A program made the translations under genes and the position numbers. Positions 24,441 to 37,819 of a stretch of 45,430 nucleotides of DNA are shown piece after piece. Under the pieces are notes generated by a model. The model did no database searches. It was not told the origin of the DNA and saw only the letters and a list, made by a program, of their open reading frames with translations. How positions within the stretch are numbered: the stretch's first letter is position 1; each line of letters starts with the position of its first letter. The DNA is from Octopus bimaculoides (lineage: Eukaryota), in assembly GCF_001194135.2 (NCBI RefSeq), contig NC_068986.1, positions 93,175,669 through 93,221,098 on the forward strand. The letters run 5' to 3'.

Positions 24441-24954
24441 ACTGTGTTTCAATAAAAGTATAGTGGCTGGATCGACACTAACTTAGGGCTAATGAACAGC
24501 ATCACATCAACTTTTCTTCATGTGGTCTTTTATTGCTTGCATCATCAATTAATTAATGTGAAGAAAATGAGGTTTTGGCCTGGTTATCTTCATTTGTTAT
24601 ACATTATATCTGACAGTACCAGCTGGAGCTAGCTGTGCTATGTGGTTATAATAGAGTTGCTACCTGAATTATTTAGTAGGCAGAGAACGAGAAATGTTTG
24701 GTAATTAATTAATTAACTGTTAGGTCAGTGTTGAGAAAATTCGGTTTCTCACAAGAACCGAAGCTTGATCAAGAATTATGCAAATTAATTGTTTTGGAAA
24801 CTCTTCCAATCCACTCCTTCCATAACAGCTTGATGTCGTAGATTATGGTATAAACCAAAGTAGGAATTTCTGCTGGGTCTGTTTGACCTGCTTGAAATAT
24901 AACCAAATATTCTCGATATTACACCTGAACAGTTATTGATAATTCAACATGGCT

Positions 24955-25445
24955 CAGTCAATGGCCCTCAATGGAATAATGCTTTCACATCTGGAATAGT
25001 ACTGTTGCTCTGCTCACAAACATCTGAGACTGCATCCAGAAAAAAGCTACCCAACTGGTTGATGTAAAGTCACTCACAGATACACTCCAGCCTCTGGTTC
25101 ACATCTGTGCTGTCCTCTCCCTGCCTTTTCTAATGCTATTATAATGGCTTCTTCTCAAAGTTAGTTCCCACTCAGGCATTCCAGGTCTGCTCATCTCTCC
25201 TTTTTTTTTTTTGATCATCCAAATCAAATATCCTGCCTCCTTCAAATATGTGGCCTTATATCTATGTTAGAGAACAATTCCATTCAGCTATGTTTTTAAT
25301 CCATTGCTGGATGAACCCTCTGCCTGGTGATGCTGATTTATATCTTGTGCTGCTTGTATGCGAACCAGGCCACACTGCCAGTTACACATTGGCTGGAGTG
25401 TTCCTTTGGTCAAGGGATTAGGCATGACCAATAGCACCCTAAAAC
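24955..25445 (+). mobile_element. CR1-type LINE 3' relic
   Basis: Translation PSME*CFHIW..DCIQKKATQLVD..SLTDTLQPLVH..CLF*CYYNG matches the CR1-group ORF2 C-terminus (MEYCSHIW, RVQ.KA, LQPL.HRR, LFYRYY.G). Confidence 0.75.
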
Positions 25446-25503
25446 GTAATATGTTAATTGATATCAAACTTTAAAAAAAAAAAGTTTTTTTTAATTAAGC
25501 TCT

Positions 25504-25517
25504 GTTGCCATGGCAAA
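25504..25517. promoter_or_regulatory. RFX X-box-like palindrome GTTGCCATGGCAAA
   Basis: 13/14 match to the canonical GTTGCCATGGCAAC. Lies outside recognisable repeats, about 190 nt upstream of coding exon 2. Confidence 0.45.
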
Positions 25518-25645
25518 ACTGGGTTTTCAAGATTGAGCATGCTACATTCCAAGAAATAATTGACTCTATCCTTTGCATCAAAATTTATGGTCCAATATTT
25601 ATGTTAGAAAGTATTTCTGTAAATTTCTTTGAGTTACAAGCTTAA

Positions 25646-25912
<267 letters not shown>

Positions 25913-26594
25913 TGACTAGAGAGATAAAACAGTCAACCTCTTCAAGAATGTCTAATTTTCTGTGTCTGTTTGAAATTAACCAAAAAGAATTTGTTAGATG
26001 CGGCAATAGGTTGAATTATTTTTACGACTATTTAAAACTGGAGTAGTACGCATGTAGTGTGTAGATGATATATAAACATCTGTTAAGTATCTACATCCTA
26101 TTCTTAATTTATAATCATTTCAAAAAGTGTTGTGTGGCCTCAGGTTAGGCTAACACAGATTGTTGGCTAAGCCACTAGAGATGACCAACAGATCTATTCT
26201 TTCAGGTATACTCTTCTTCTGCTTAGCTGAGTACGATTCTGGATGTTCTGAGATGAAGATGGTTAGAATGTCTTTAAAGACATTCTAACCGTCACAGTTC
26301 TGTCTTTTTTTTCAGGTAGTGTATTGCGGATTATACTATTTGATGCCATTTAATTTTCAAGATAGTAGGGTGTGATTTGCAGGAGATTTCGTTGCTAGTT
26401 TTAGCAACTTCAGTGACTAATATAATGAGCAAACATGGAGGCCATTGTATATTGTTGTTGTTGTTCAGTTTAAAACTATCCATGCAATATTAAACAGAAC
26501 TAGGACATGATCAGTTTAATAGATTGTAAACCTTTGTTCGTTTCCTCTAACCAAGATAGCCAACAGCCAAATAAGGCTCACATTAGAGTAATTC

Positions 26595-27030
26595 ATCATC
26601 ATCATCATCATCGTTTAACGTTCGCTTTCCATGCTAGCATGAGTTGGACGATTTGACTGAGGACTGGTGAAACCGGATGTCTACACCAGGTTCCAATCTG
26701 ATTTGGCAGAGTTTCTACAGCTGGATGCCCTTCCTAACGCCAACCACTCCGAGAGTGTAGTGGATCTTTTTACATGCCACCGGCACGAAGGCCAGTCAGG
26801 CGGTACTGGCAACAACCATGCTCAAAATGGTGTATTTTACGTGCCACCTGCACAGGAGCCAGTCCAGCGGCACTGGCAACGATCTCACTCGAAAGTCTTT
26901 ACACGTGCCATGGCACAAGTGCAAGAAAGGCGACGCTGGACACAGGTGCCATCACGATTTCCCTTTTGCTTGCCCCAACAGGTCTTCGCAAGCCGAGTTT
27001 CGTGTCCAGTGAAGGAGACGACATCGTTGA
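26595..27030 (-). mobile_element. Longest family-A element, with an internal duplicated ~60-bp unit
   Basis: (CAT)n tail at 26595-26612. Two gttgccagt.ccg..tgactggc..gtg..ggtggca.gtaaaa units. CpG-rich, so probably young. No tRNA-like head recognised. Confidence 0.8.
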
Positions 27031-27404
27031 TGTATATAGGACAGTACCATGTCTACACTCAGGAACATTTCAGGCTGTATCAAAACAAAACAAGAAAGCT
27101 ATTCTACTGATAAGGGAACACTTGCTTGCCATCACACCACACCCACTAACTTACAGATTCATTGTTTCTAGACAAGATGTAATAAGAGGCTTTCTGGCTG
27201 ACCAACAAATATTCAGTCACCACTGCACTGTATCCACTGGCACATAGACTTATTGTTTCTCCTGTCTTCCTTTTTTTTACCAATACTACAACAGCCTTTG
27301 TTCTTTTGAACTATATTGCTGTATTTGTGTGGTTGATTGATTTCTTCAGTGTCTGCTTTGGTTATCTCAGAAACTATTGAAGCTAGGATGTAAGATGTAC
27401 ATAA

Positions 27405-27473
<69 letters not shown>

Positions 27474-27781
27474 NNNNNNNNNNNNNNNNNNNNNNNNNNN
27501 NNNNNNNNNNNNNNNNNNNNNNNNNNNNNNNNNNNNNNNNNNNNNNNNNNNNNNNNNNNNNNNNNNNNNNNNNNNNNNNNNNNNNNNNNNNNNNNNNNNN
27601 NNNNNNNNNNNNNNNNNNNNNNNNNNNNNNNNNNNNNNNNNNNNNNNNNNNNNNNNNNNNNNNNNNNNNNNNNNNNNNNNNNNNNNNNNNNNNNNNNNNN
27701 NNNNNNNNNNNNNNNNNNNNNNNNNNNNNNNNNNNNNNNNNNNNNNNNNNNNNNNNNNNNNNNNNNNNNNNNNNNNNNNNN

Positions 27782-27854
<73 letters not shown>

Positions 27855-29138
27855 GTATTCAAACACATATGTATTACCCTTAATTATAACTGCTAAGCAA
27901 TATAACAAAATAAATTTTTCTAGTCTGTTTTCAAAATATTGTTTTATAATTTTTTTTTTTTTAACCAAATTATCTGATTTCTGATTGTTAAGTTTGCTAT
28001 CTATCTCTACTTGATATTTCGTAGTTGTGTGAGTTATATCTTGTATGAAAAATAGAATCAGTTTAATGAAAGACACAATTCACTTGAAACAAGTTCAAAC
28101 ATATAATGCATAGCAACAAATATCTTTCTCATATTGGTGACTATAATAGTTTGTAATGTAAAATACATTCAAATAGTGACCGCTTTAGTGTAGTAATATT
28201 TTCACTCACACATAGTTACATAGCAACACAATACTTTGCAGCTATTAGTGGCTCTAATAGTTAGCTGTACAAAATATGTTTAACTATTCATACTACGCAC
28301 ATAGATATTTTATTTTTTACTTGTCAATGATTTACTCAAACAAAACAAACTCAATACTTATTTTCATTTTTTACTCTGGTCCTTATTTTGTTGGTTCTCT
28401 TTTGCTGAACTGTTAAGTTGTGGAGATGTAGACAAACCAAAACTGGTTGTCAAGTAGTGGTGGGGGACAAACACAAAATACAAAGACACATTCACACACA
28501 CATGCACACGTGTGCATGTGCGTGCACACACACACACACATACATGCACAAGATGGGTTTCTACTCAGTTTCCATCTACCAAAGTCACTCTGAAGACATT
28601 GGCTGACCCAACAGTGTGGTAGAAGATGCTTGCCCCAAGTGTCATGCAGTGGGACTGAACCCAAAACCACATGGCTTCAAAGCAAGTGATAAACTACACA
28701 GCCACAACCCAGGCTTTGACAGAGTGACAATGGTAGTAATAATGATGATGATGATGATGAATGTAATAATTTCTTTTAGTTACCACAGAGGCATCAGAGG
28801 AGACATTACAAAGACAGGTTACAATTTGTGTTGGGGTTTACTTAAAATTGGGTGAAAGAAAAGAAAAACAATTGCTTTTACTAGCCAAAAGGACCTAAGA
28901 CATTGAGGACAATATATTTGGATGAAATACAAATTTACGAAAGTGAGGTAGTTTACATGAAGTAAAGGGAAGTCAGCAAAAAGAAGAGATATGACAATAG
29001 AAATTTCCCAGTAGTAGGGAATACCATCAAGGGTAGTTTGCTAGGAAACTTCACTCAATGACTTGGATTACTATGCCATTTCCAATCCATTCAGATGTGC
29101 CTTCTCCCTGTAACTTACCTTCTATTTAGGAAAGTATA

Positions 29139-29302
29139 TTCAGGATTACTCATTTAATCTCCTCAACAAACAGTATTATATCTCATCAACAAACAGTACT
29201 ATTCAGGATAACTCATTTAATCTCATCAACAAACAGTACTATACATCATCAACAAACAGTACTATTCAGAATAGCTCATTTAATCTCATCAACAAACAGT
29301 AC
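29139..29302. repeat. Higher-order minisatellite (41-bp and ~22-bp units alternating A-B-A-B-A)
   Basis: Core ctcatcaacaaacagtactat occurs 5 times. The ttcagga..actcatttaat prefix is on units 1, 3 and 5. Confidence 0.85.
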
Positions 29303-29599
29303 AATTGAGATAATTCCTGCTAATGTGACCTGGAGCGCTTTTTTGTAGTACTTGATCCCAGGGAAAATTCAATTAACTTCCATTTTTGCCATAAGGAGAG
29401 ATCTATAATTTTTCTCTTTTCCTTCTCCTGTGGTAAAGAAATGCTGTTGGGTTTTCACAAAATTCTTCCATCTACATGATTTTTCATATAACTGTGATTT
29501 TGGGTTCTCATATAAATTTGTACATTTTTTCCCCTCTTTTATTTAAATCTTTATTTTTTGTCAACAGTTTTAACAATCAGTAATGTACTCTACCTCATT

Positions 29600-29980
29600 A
29601 CTCTCTTTCACTTGTTTCAGTCATTTGACTGTCGCCATGCTGGAGCACTGCCTTTAGTCGAGCAAATTGATCCCAGGACTTATTCTTTGGAAGCCTAGTA
29701 CTTATTTTATCGGTCTCTTTTGCCGAACCGCTACATTACGGGGGCGTTAACACACCAGTATCAGTTGTCAAGCGATGTTGGAGGGACAAACACAAACACA
29801 CATATATATACATATATACGACAGGCTTCTTTTCAGTTTCCGTCTACCAAATCCACTCACAAGGCTTTGGTCGGCCCGAAGCGATAGTAGAAGACACTTG
29901 CACAAGGTGTCACGTAGTGGGACTGATCCTGGAACCATGTGGTTGGTAAGCAAGTTACTTACTACTTAGCCACTCCTGCA
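29600..29980 (-). mobile_element. Full-length CORE-type SINE, family B
   Basis: Reverse complement of 43804-44195 along its whole length. Confidence 0.88.
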
Positions 29981-29994
29981 CACACTAAAAAGCC

Positions 29995-31060
29995 CTGCCC
30001 TGTGCCAACTTTTCTCTAACTTGTCAATGCCTTGTTAGCACATCTTGACTTGAGGAATTCATTGAGTCACATTTTGAGCTCCATATCATTGAACGAAACA
30101 CTTCCCAGACTTTTGGAGAGTGATCAGAGAAGGTACTAATCTGAAGATGCTATTTCAGGAGAATATGGTGGGTGTGAGTGAAAGTGCAATGGCCCAGTGG
30201 TTAGGGCAGCGGACTCGCGGTCATAGGATCGTGGTTTCGATTCCCAGACCAGGCGTTGTGAGTGTTTATTGAGCGAAGACACCTAAAGCTCCACCAGGCT
30301 CCGGTAGGGGATGGTGGCGAGCCCTGCTGTATTCTTTCACCACAACTTTCTCTCACTCTTAGTTCCTGTTTCTGTTGTGCCTGTAATTCAAAGGGTCAGC
30401 CTTGTCACACTGTGTCACGCTGAATATCCCTGAGAACTACGTTAAGGGTACAAGTGTCTGTGGAGTGCTCAGCCACATGCATGTTAATTTCACGAGCAGG
30501 CTGTTCCGTTGATCGGATCAACTGGAACCCTCGATGTCGTAAGCGACGGAGTGCCAACAACAACAACGGTGGGTGTGATAACTAACCAAGCTTTTGAACT
30601 GCACTTTTGGTCAAATTAGTGATGTGGGAGCAAGTGTTGTCATATTTAAGAAACACACAGTGTTGTAAAAATTGAGTTGTTTGGACCATACCCATAGAGT
30701 GATGGTGATAAGTGACTGTATCATGGGAACATCCCATCTGCTGGGCTAGTTCCATGGTGGACTGGTGCAGATCTTCATGGATGAGCTCATTTAATTGAAC
30801 TGAACTGATCAGTTGGAATGCAAAAATTCTGTGAGGTCAAAATTCTTCCATTTGAAGTGTGGAAACCATTTCTGTGCAGCTCTTTCAGTAATAGCACCTT
30901 CTCCTTATACAGTATAAATGTCTCAAGTGGCTTTGGTAGATTAGGTTCCTTGATTGAAAGCAAAGAGAAGTATGTACCGAAAATAATAATTTTTCTTTTT
31001 CTACTTGGCAGTCCATCATACGTTTTGAAAAGAGGTAAAAATTTATTGAAATTTCAAAAA
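29995..31060 (-). mobile_element. Second mariner relic (internally deleted), interrupted by a SINE
   Basis: ATG at 31016 (minus): MDCQVEK..ILLFAFNQG..GEGAITERAAQKWF..NFDL; LNELIHED..STMELAQQMGCSH; KYDNTCSH..QKLG..SHPPYSPEIASSD..SLSKSLGSVSFND. Confidence 0.85.
30178..30567 (+). mobile_element. Full-length tRNA-derived SINE, family C, with 11-bp TSD
   Basis: TSD GGTGGGTGTGA at 30167-30177 and 30568-30578. A-box TGGCCCAGTGG, B-box GGTTTCGATTCC, (AAC)n tail. Confidence 0.92.
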
Positions 31061-31782
31061 TGATAAAATTTGTAGAGGAAGAATAGAGCTAAAAAACAAG
31101 AAATAGACCATAAAACACTACAGTAAAAATATTTTTCATGTCAATTCAAATAATATTCGAAAGAGAGGCATGAATTCATCTGACAACCCAGAAGATGCAA
31201 AAATTCTGTCTGCTCATTTAGTGTTGGGGAAAGTTTTGTTTCCACACAGCTGCTTGATGAACAGGCCATAGTATTAGAAATCATATAAGAGTTGCTACTG
31301 TTTGCACATGTTGTTGTTGTTGTTGTTGTTGTTACTGTTGTTGTCTTCTGTGTGACTAATTTGGATATTTGAGACATTTTCTATTAATTGTTCACTCAAC
31401 TGTTCATCTGTTCATTTTCTCCTTTCTCTTGTTCATTTAGTTATGTGTTTTGATTTTGTATTGTTTTTGTTTGGTGTTTATCCATTGTAGCATTTTGTCA
31501 TGTGGTATAATCATTTGTGGTAGACATTTTTAATGTAAAAATGTAATTATGCAAATAAAATTTTAAAAGTTTGTGAAACAATAAACAAATCTTGTTTTTT
31601 TTTTTTCTGTTGTCTAGACCCTGCCTCCCCATCTCAGATATCAAAGACAGCACTTCCTTAGGAAATTATAGTTTTTTTTTTATAAGTATTCTAAAGGAAA
31701 TTTTATATGGGAATGCTTGAAGTAAACATGTTTTGAAGGGAGAATCATAAAGATGTTTTCATGCTATCAGTGTTGTTGTTGT

Positions 31783-31813
<31 letters not shown>

Positions 31814-32047
31814 GAGGATGATGATAGTAATAATAATAATAATAATNNNNNNNNNNTTGTTTTTTTTTTTTCTGTTGTCTAGACCCTGCCTCCCCATCTC
31901 AGATATCAAAGACAGCACTTCCTTAGGAAATTATAGTTTTTTTTTTATAAGTATTCTAAAGGAAATTTTATATGGGAATGCTTGAAGTAAACATGTTTTG
32001 AAGGGAGAATCATAAAGATGTTTTCATGCTATCAGTGTTGTTGTTGT

Positions 32048-32078
<31 letters not shown>

Positions 32079-32085
32079 GAGGATG

Positions 32086-32133
<48 letters not shown>

Positions 32134-32776
32134 TTAATAAACATCAAGTGGAATATAAAGGAAAGGGGAATGGAGTGCCCAATAGAACTGTTACAAAAGG
32201 TTTGCCTCTTTGGCATGGCCAGAATAATCCAGAAAGTATTAGCTAGCTGAAGTAATCCCACTACACATGCAAGACTCCAGGATCTCCAACAAAACCTGTA
32301 ATAAAGAGATAATAACAATAATAATGATAATAGTTTCAAATTTTGGTACAAGGCCAGCAATTTTAGTGAGGTGGAGGGGGATATTCAATTGCTATAACAC
32401 CAGTAATTGACTGATACTTCAATGTATCAACCCTGAGAGAATGAAAGGCAAAGCTAACCTCAGGAGATTTGTACTCAAAAACGTAAATCTGGAAGATATG
32501 CTACTAAGCATTTTGTTCAGCATGATAATGATTTTGCCTGCTTACTGCCATCCTATTTCAAATTTTAGTCATGGCCAGCTGTTTTATTAGGGAGAAGGAT
32601 AGTCAGTTACTTCGACCCCCAGTATTTGGCTGGTACTTTATTTTATCAACTCTGAAAGGATGGAAGGCGTAGTTAACCATAGCAGAATTTAAACACAGAA
32701 TCAAAGAGTTGCAAGAAACATCATGAAGATGTGGTAATATTCTTCCAGCTCACTGTCATAATAATGATAATAATAA

Positions 32777-33108
32777 TATGGTGTGGTAAGTAGCTTGCTT
32801 ACCAACCACATGGTTCCAGGTTCAGTCCCNNNNNNNNNNAGAGTGTATGTTTACGTAATCTCATGACCCATCACTGTCAAATAATATTAATATGAGCAAT
32901 AACTAATAATAATCTGGTAAGCTCCCAGTGCATGTGTGCGCGCATATGTTTGTGAGTAGGAGACTATGGGTGCATATATATTAACATACGTGTATATGTG
33001 TGCATATATACTTATCAGCGTGAATGTATCTACGCTCATGTGCATATGTATACATGTGTATGTATGTAGAGAAATGTACATGTGTACGTATATATATGTA
33101 GATATTTG

Positions 33109-33141
<33 letters not shown>

Positions 33142-33368
33142 NNNNNNNNNNTATATATGTGTGTTTGTGTGTCTGTGTTTGTCCCCCCACCATCGCTTGA
33201 CAACCAATGGTGGTGTGTTTACATCCCCGTAACTTGGCGGTTCGGCAAAAGAGACCAATAGAATAAGTACTAGGCTTCCAAAGAATAAGTCCTGGGGTCG
33301 ATTTGCTTGACTAAAAGGCAGTGCTCCAGCATAGCCACAGTCAAAAGACTGAAACAAGTAAAAGAGTA
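32777..33368 (+). mobile_element. Family B SINE pieces (head and 3' half) separated by gaps and microsatellite
   Basis: Head 32777-32830 and tail 33150-33368 match 43804-44195. Confidence 0.75.
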
Positions 33369-33559
33369 TGATAAAAATAAGAAATTAAATTGCTAATTAC
33401 AATCACGCAGAAACAGACCATTTGAACAAATTTGATAAAAGCAAAGATTAATAAAATCCAGACAGCAAATACAAAATCTGTGGGAAAGGAGATGAAAGTT
33501 TTAATCATCAGCAAGGGTATAAGTGCAAGCATGACTGTGTAGATAAAAGAGTCCTTGAG

Positions 33560-34072
33560 AATGTTAGCTGAGTGTGTAGATTCACAATAACAGGAAAGTA
33601 GTATGAACTACTTGTGATAGAGAATAAGAATTATAAGACTTCATAGGACTTCCCCATAAAGACTGAGCATCCTATTGAAGCAAGAAGACCAGATATGATT
33701 AGAGAGGACAAAAGAAACAAGCATTGTAAGATCATAGGCTTTGCAATACCATATGATAACAGAATGGATACCAAAGAAATTGGTAAAAAAACGAGAAATG
33801 TGAGGACCTTATTAAAGATATGAAGAGATTGTGGAAAACTAAGACTACAATGTTCCTATGGTAATTGATGCACTTAGTACAACACTCAAATTGCCACCTG
33901 AAAGACTGAAGGATATTGGAACTGAGACTTACATTCTTGAACCTGCAGAAAAGTACAATCTTATATTAAGGAAGAATCTTTAGAAATATTCTTGAGATTT
34001 GAGGAGACTTGCTGTCACCAAACCTCAAGACAATATTCCTGCTAATATAGTATGTAATTGTTATAAGAGATT
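33560..34072 (+). mobile_element. R4/Dong-type (restriction-like endonuclease) non-LTR retrotransposon 3' relic
   Basis: ENKNYKTS*DFPIKTEHPIEARRPDMIREDKRNKHCKIIGFAIPYD ... RILRNILEI* (TGA at 34000-34002) matches the REL domain (WDF.IQTD..I.A.RPD....D.AVP). Short 3' UTR, then (ATC)n. Confidence 0.75.
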
Positions 34073-34759
34073 CATCATCATCATCATCATCAGGAAGTCA
34101 TATTGTCATCATCATTATTTAACATCCGTTTTCCATGCTGGCATGGGTTGGAAGGCTTGACAGGAGCTGCATTAGGCTTCATTGTCTGTTACAGCATGGT
34201 TTCTACAGCTGGATGTCCTTCCTAACACCAACCACTTTACAGTGTGTACTGGGTGCTTTTTATGTGACACCAGTGCCAGTTCTTTTCACATTGCACCAGC
34301 ATCAAGGCTTTTAGCATGGTATCAATAATAATAATTTTTAATATGGATAGAAGGCCAGAAATTTCGAGGGATGGATAAGTGTATGAAATTGACCCCAGTG
34401 CTTGCTTTGTGCTTCGTTTTATCATTCTATCGACATTGTACTTTCCTTTTCTGCCTTGCTTCCCTCCTCTTTCTACCTCTATTAATAGGATCTAACCACC
34501 ACGCAATCTCACTGTGTTTTATAGCTACTCCCTCTCCCCACTACACCTTTTATATCTGTTTATAAGCTGTGAGTGTTGTTTATTATCTGTTAATTCTGAA
34601 AACTACTAAGTCATGTGTTGATAATCTCTCCATCTTAACAGCAAGTTGTAACAACAGCAGCCGTTAGTGAGATTTACTTTAAACCTTAAAACTGAACAGA
34701 TCAACTCATTAAACAGATAACTTCTTGACATGGTGCCAGGAAAGGATTTCATGTAGCAG

Positions 34760-34771
34760 CATGTTGTTGTT

Positions 34772-34858
<87 letters not shown>

Positions 34859-35060
34859 GGTGGTGTTGATGGTGGTATCTTTGTTGATTTATTTTTTGCT
34901 GTTGTTGATGTTACTAGCTTTTGAGTTGTGACTGGTTGTTGTTGATGTTGGTGTTAATGTTCTTATTGGTTGTGGTGGTGTTGTCTTTTTATTGTTTTTG
35001 GTGGTGGTGGCGGTGGTGGCGGTGGCAGTGTTTGCATTGTTGTTCTTGCTGATGCTGTTG
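34760..35060. repeat. (TTG)n/(GTG)n trinucleotide tract
   Basis: Visible directly. Confidence 0.92.
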
Positions 35061-36431
35061 TTTTTCTCATTTTGTTGACACTTAGCTCTAGGTTCACTCT
35101 GATTGATCAGACCTATGATCAAAGGTGTTCCAGCCATGACCATCCCACCTTTTCAGAGATATCATCTACAGCTATTGTCCACTGTCTCTTCCCACTGTTT
35201 CTATACAAAAGAGCTAGGGAGATTAGGCTGCTATTTCTTGCAGGTTCAATGACTATACAGAGAATACTTTATTGGCTTGTGTTATTCTTATTTTTGTTCT
35301 TGTTATTATGGGTGTTGTTACTGCTGCTGCTGTAATTACTACATTAGATCTCTTTCTTCTAGAATTCATCAGTTTCACAATTCATTTACTTCTGACTACA
35401 GACTTCATAAAACGCCCACCAATTGTACAGTGCTCACACTGTCTGAAATATGTGAAGTCTCCAAGAAGCTGAATATTTGACCACCTTAGATATGATGAAT
35501 GAAGGCACATGGCTTAGTGCCTTGCATGTTGCACTCACAATTGCAAGATCATATGAAGTACTGATGCTGGTGCCTTGTAAAAGGCACCTGGTACGCTATG
35601 AAAGGTGGTTGGCATTAGGAAAGCATCCAACCATAGAAACCATGCCAAAACTGACAATTGGAGCCTGGAACAACTCTCTGGCTTACCAGCTCCTATCAAA
35701 CTCTCCAACCCATGCCAGCATTGAAAATGGACATTAAATGATGATGATGGATGGTGCATTGTGTTCTTGAGTAAATTACTCCAGTTTACTTAGCTGTGAA
35801 TTAGTTCAGAGTGAATGTTGTGATCTTGGTTATTTATATGCCATAGAAACTGGGATACTGGCCCTATGAGTCCTGGGGCCTAAGATAATAATGTCAAGGT
35901 GATTATGATGATGATAATGATGATCTTGGTCTGTGTTACATTTAAGGAACATTTCTGCTGCACCTAATGTTACATCAAATTTTTTATTAGTAATACTAAA
36001 GTTGTTCTCTCTGTTAATGAATCTCTTAACAAGTTTGCTCTTGGAATTTTTCGAAAGAAGACAATCCTAGTTGCCTCAGCCTTGCTAACATTGGGATACA
36101 TTCAGTTGCATGAGGCCCAATACATATCTGGTGTTTATTTCATCAACTCCTTGGGCATAAAAGGCCAAAACAGCCTTGGTAGGAGTTGAACAATTGACAT
36201 GAAGGAATGAACCAAAATTCTGCTTGGGCTTAATCTGGCGCTCAACATATTTGTTACCTCATCACCCGTGTTCCGTCTGACACTTAATCTGTCTTTTCAT
36301 GGTTCATTCAAACCACCTTATTGATTTGAGCCAATTCTGATTTATTTCTCCTAGACAGATATTTTAATTAAAGAGTTTTGTAACTGTTCTGTACATCTCT
36401 TCCTAACACAAATGTACACACACACACACAC

Positions 36432-36950
36432 AGGTGTGGCTGTGTAGTTAAGAAGTTTGCTTCCTAACTATATGGTTTCATGTTCAGTCCCACTGCATAG
36501 CACATGGCATCTTGAGTGTCTTCTACCATAGCCAAGCTGACCAAAGCCATGTAAGTGGATTTGGTAGAAAGAAACTGAAAGAAGTATGTTATGTGAAAAG
36601 GCGGCGAGCTGGCAGAAATGTTAGCATGCTGGGTGAAATGCTTTGCAGTATTTCGTCTGTCGTTATGTTCTGAGTTCAAATTTTGCCGAGGTCAACTTTG
36701 CCTTTCATCCTTTTGGAGGTCGATAAATTAAGTACCAGTTGCGTACTGGGGTTGATCTAATCGACTGACACCCTCCCCCAAAATTTCAAGCCTTGTGCCT
36801 AGAATAGAAAAGAATATTCTGTGAAAATATGTCTGGCCATGGGGAAATATTACCTTGCTTGGAAACAGGAAGGGCACCCAGCTATAAAAAATATGCTTCA
36901 ATAAACTCTATCTGACCTGTGTAAGCATACAAAAGTGGCTATAATAATTA
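36432..36950 (+). mobile_element. Family B/A SINE host interrupted by a family-D SINE
   Basis: Head 36432-36590, tail 36820-36950. Confidence 0.7.
36600..36819 (+). mobile_element. SINE family D, nested, apparent 8-bp TSD
   Basis: GGCGGCGAGCTGGCAGAA head. TGTGAAAA at 36592-36599 and 36820-36827. Confidence 0.8.
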
Positions 36951-37318
36951 TGATATTTGCATTTGTTTATTTCATATAACACCTGATTCTCCATGCTAGC
37001 ATGGCTTGGACAGGAGATAAATGAAACAATATTGTTGCCCAGATGCTTTACCTGTTGTCAACCCATACCTGTTTTATCAAGTAAGGGATATTTTCATCAC
37101 AGTAGATTTTGAAAATGCAGGGCTGCCAGATGATTTGTTGGTAGGAAATGTCAACAAACCTCAACGGTTACTGCCCAGCCATTAAATGGTGATGTAGCTA
37201 TATTTGATGGCTTTCTTCCAGTTTCAGTATATCAAATCAAGGCATAAGGCTTTAATCACCAGGTGGTGTATAGCGGGACCAAACCTGAAACCACTTGGAT
37301 GGAAAACACGCTCCTCAA

Positions 37319-37354
<36 letters not shown>

Positions 37355-37779
37355 GCACTCTCTCTCTCTCTCTCTCTCTCACATATAATTTCATTCTGCC
37401 ATAAATTGGTATTAACTTGTCCTTTCGTTTTTGCATATCATAAATTGTTGAAGAATTAATGCTATGTTCGTGTGCAATAGGATTCTTTCCAAATACTGTA
37501 TAATTTAGATTTCCAGATGCAGTGTGAGAGTTCTATGCTTTTTTTTCACACCTTTCACAAATTTCTTACTCTTGTTCACACCGGAGCATAGTTTCACTAA
37601 TGGAGGGACAATATGCATTCAGATATAGACAATTACAAAACATTCAGATGCTGGCGACTCTTCGCTCCAACAGGAACGTAAACAAGGATGGAGAAACATT
37701 TGTGCCCAGTGATAAGCACTTGGGAAAAAATTAACAAATATCGGTCTCCCTCTCTCTCTCTCTCTCATACACACACACA

Positions 37780-37819
<40 letters not shown>

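Noticed and set aside
26391-26408. Second X-box-like palindrome GTTGCTAGTTTTAGCAAC
   Set aside because: The spacer is too long for RFX and it lies within a family-E repeat copy.
29139-29302. CRISPR-like array
   Set aside because: No unique spacers, eukaryotic intron context and no cas genes.
30178-30250. tRNA gene (also 45265-45335 and 43804-43870)
   Set aside because: A and B boxes are present, but there is no closed cloverleaf and each runs into a SINE body with tail and TSD.
31592-32130. Apparent ~255-bp tandem duplication
   Set aside because: The copies are identical apart from microsatellite length and are separated by 10 Ns. This is a typical assembly or haplotype artefact.
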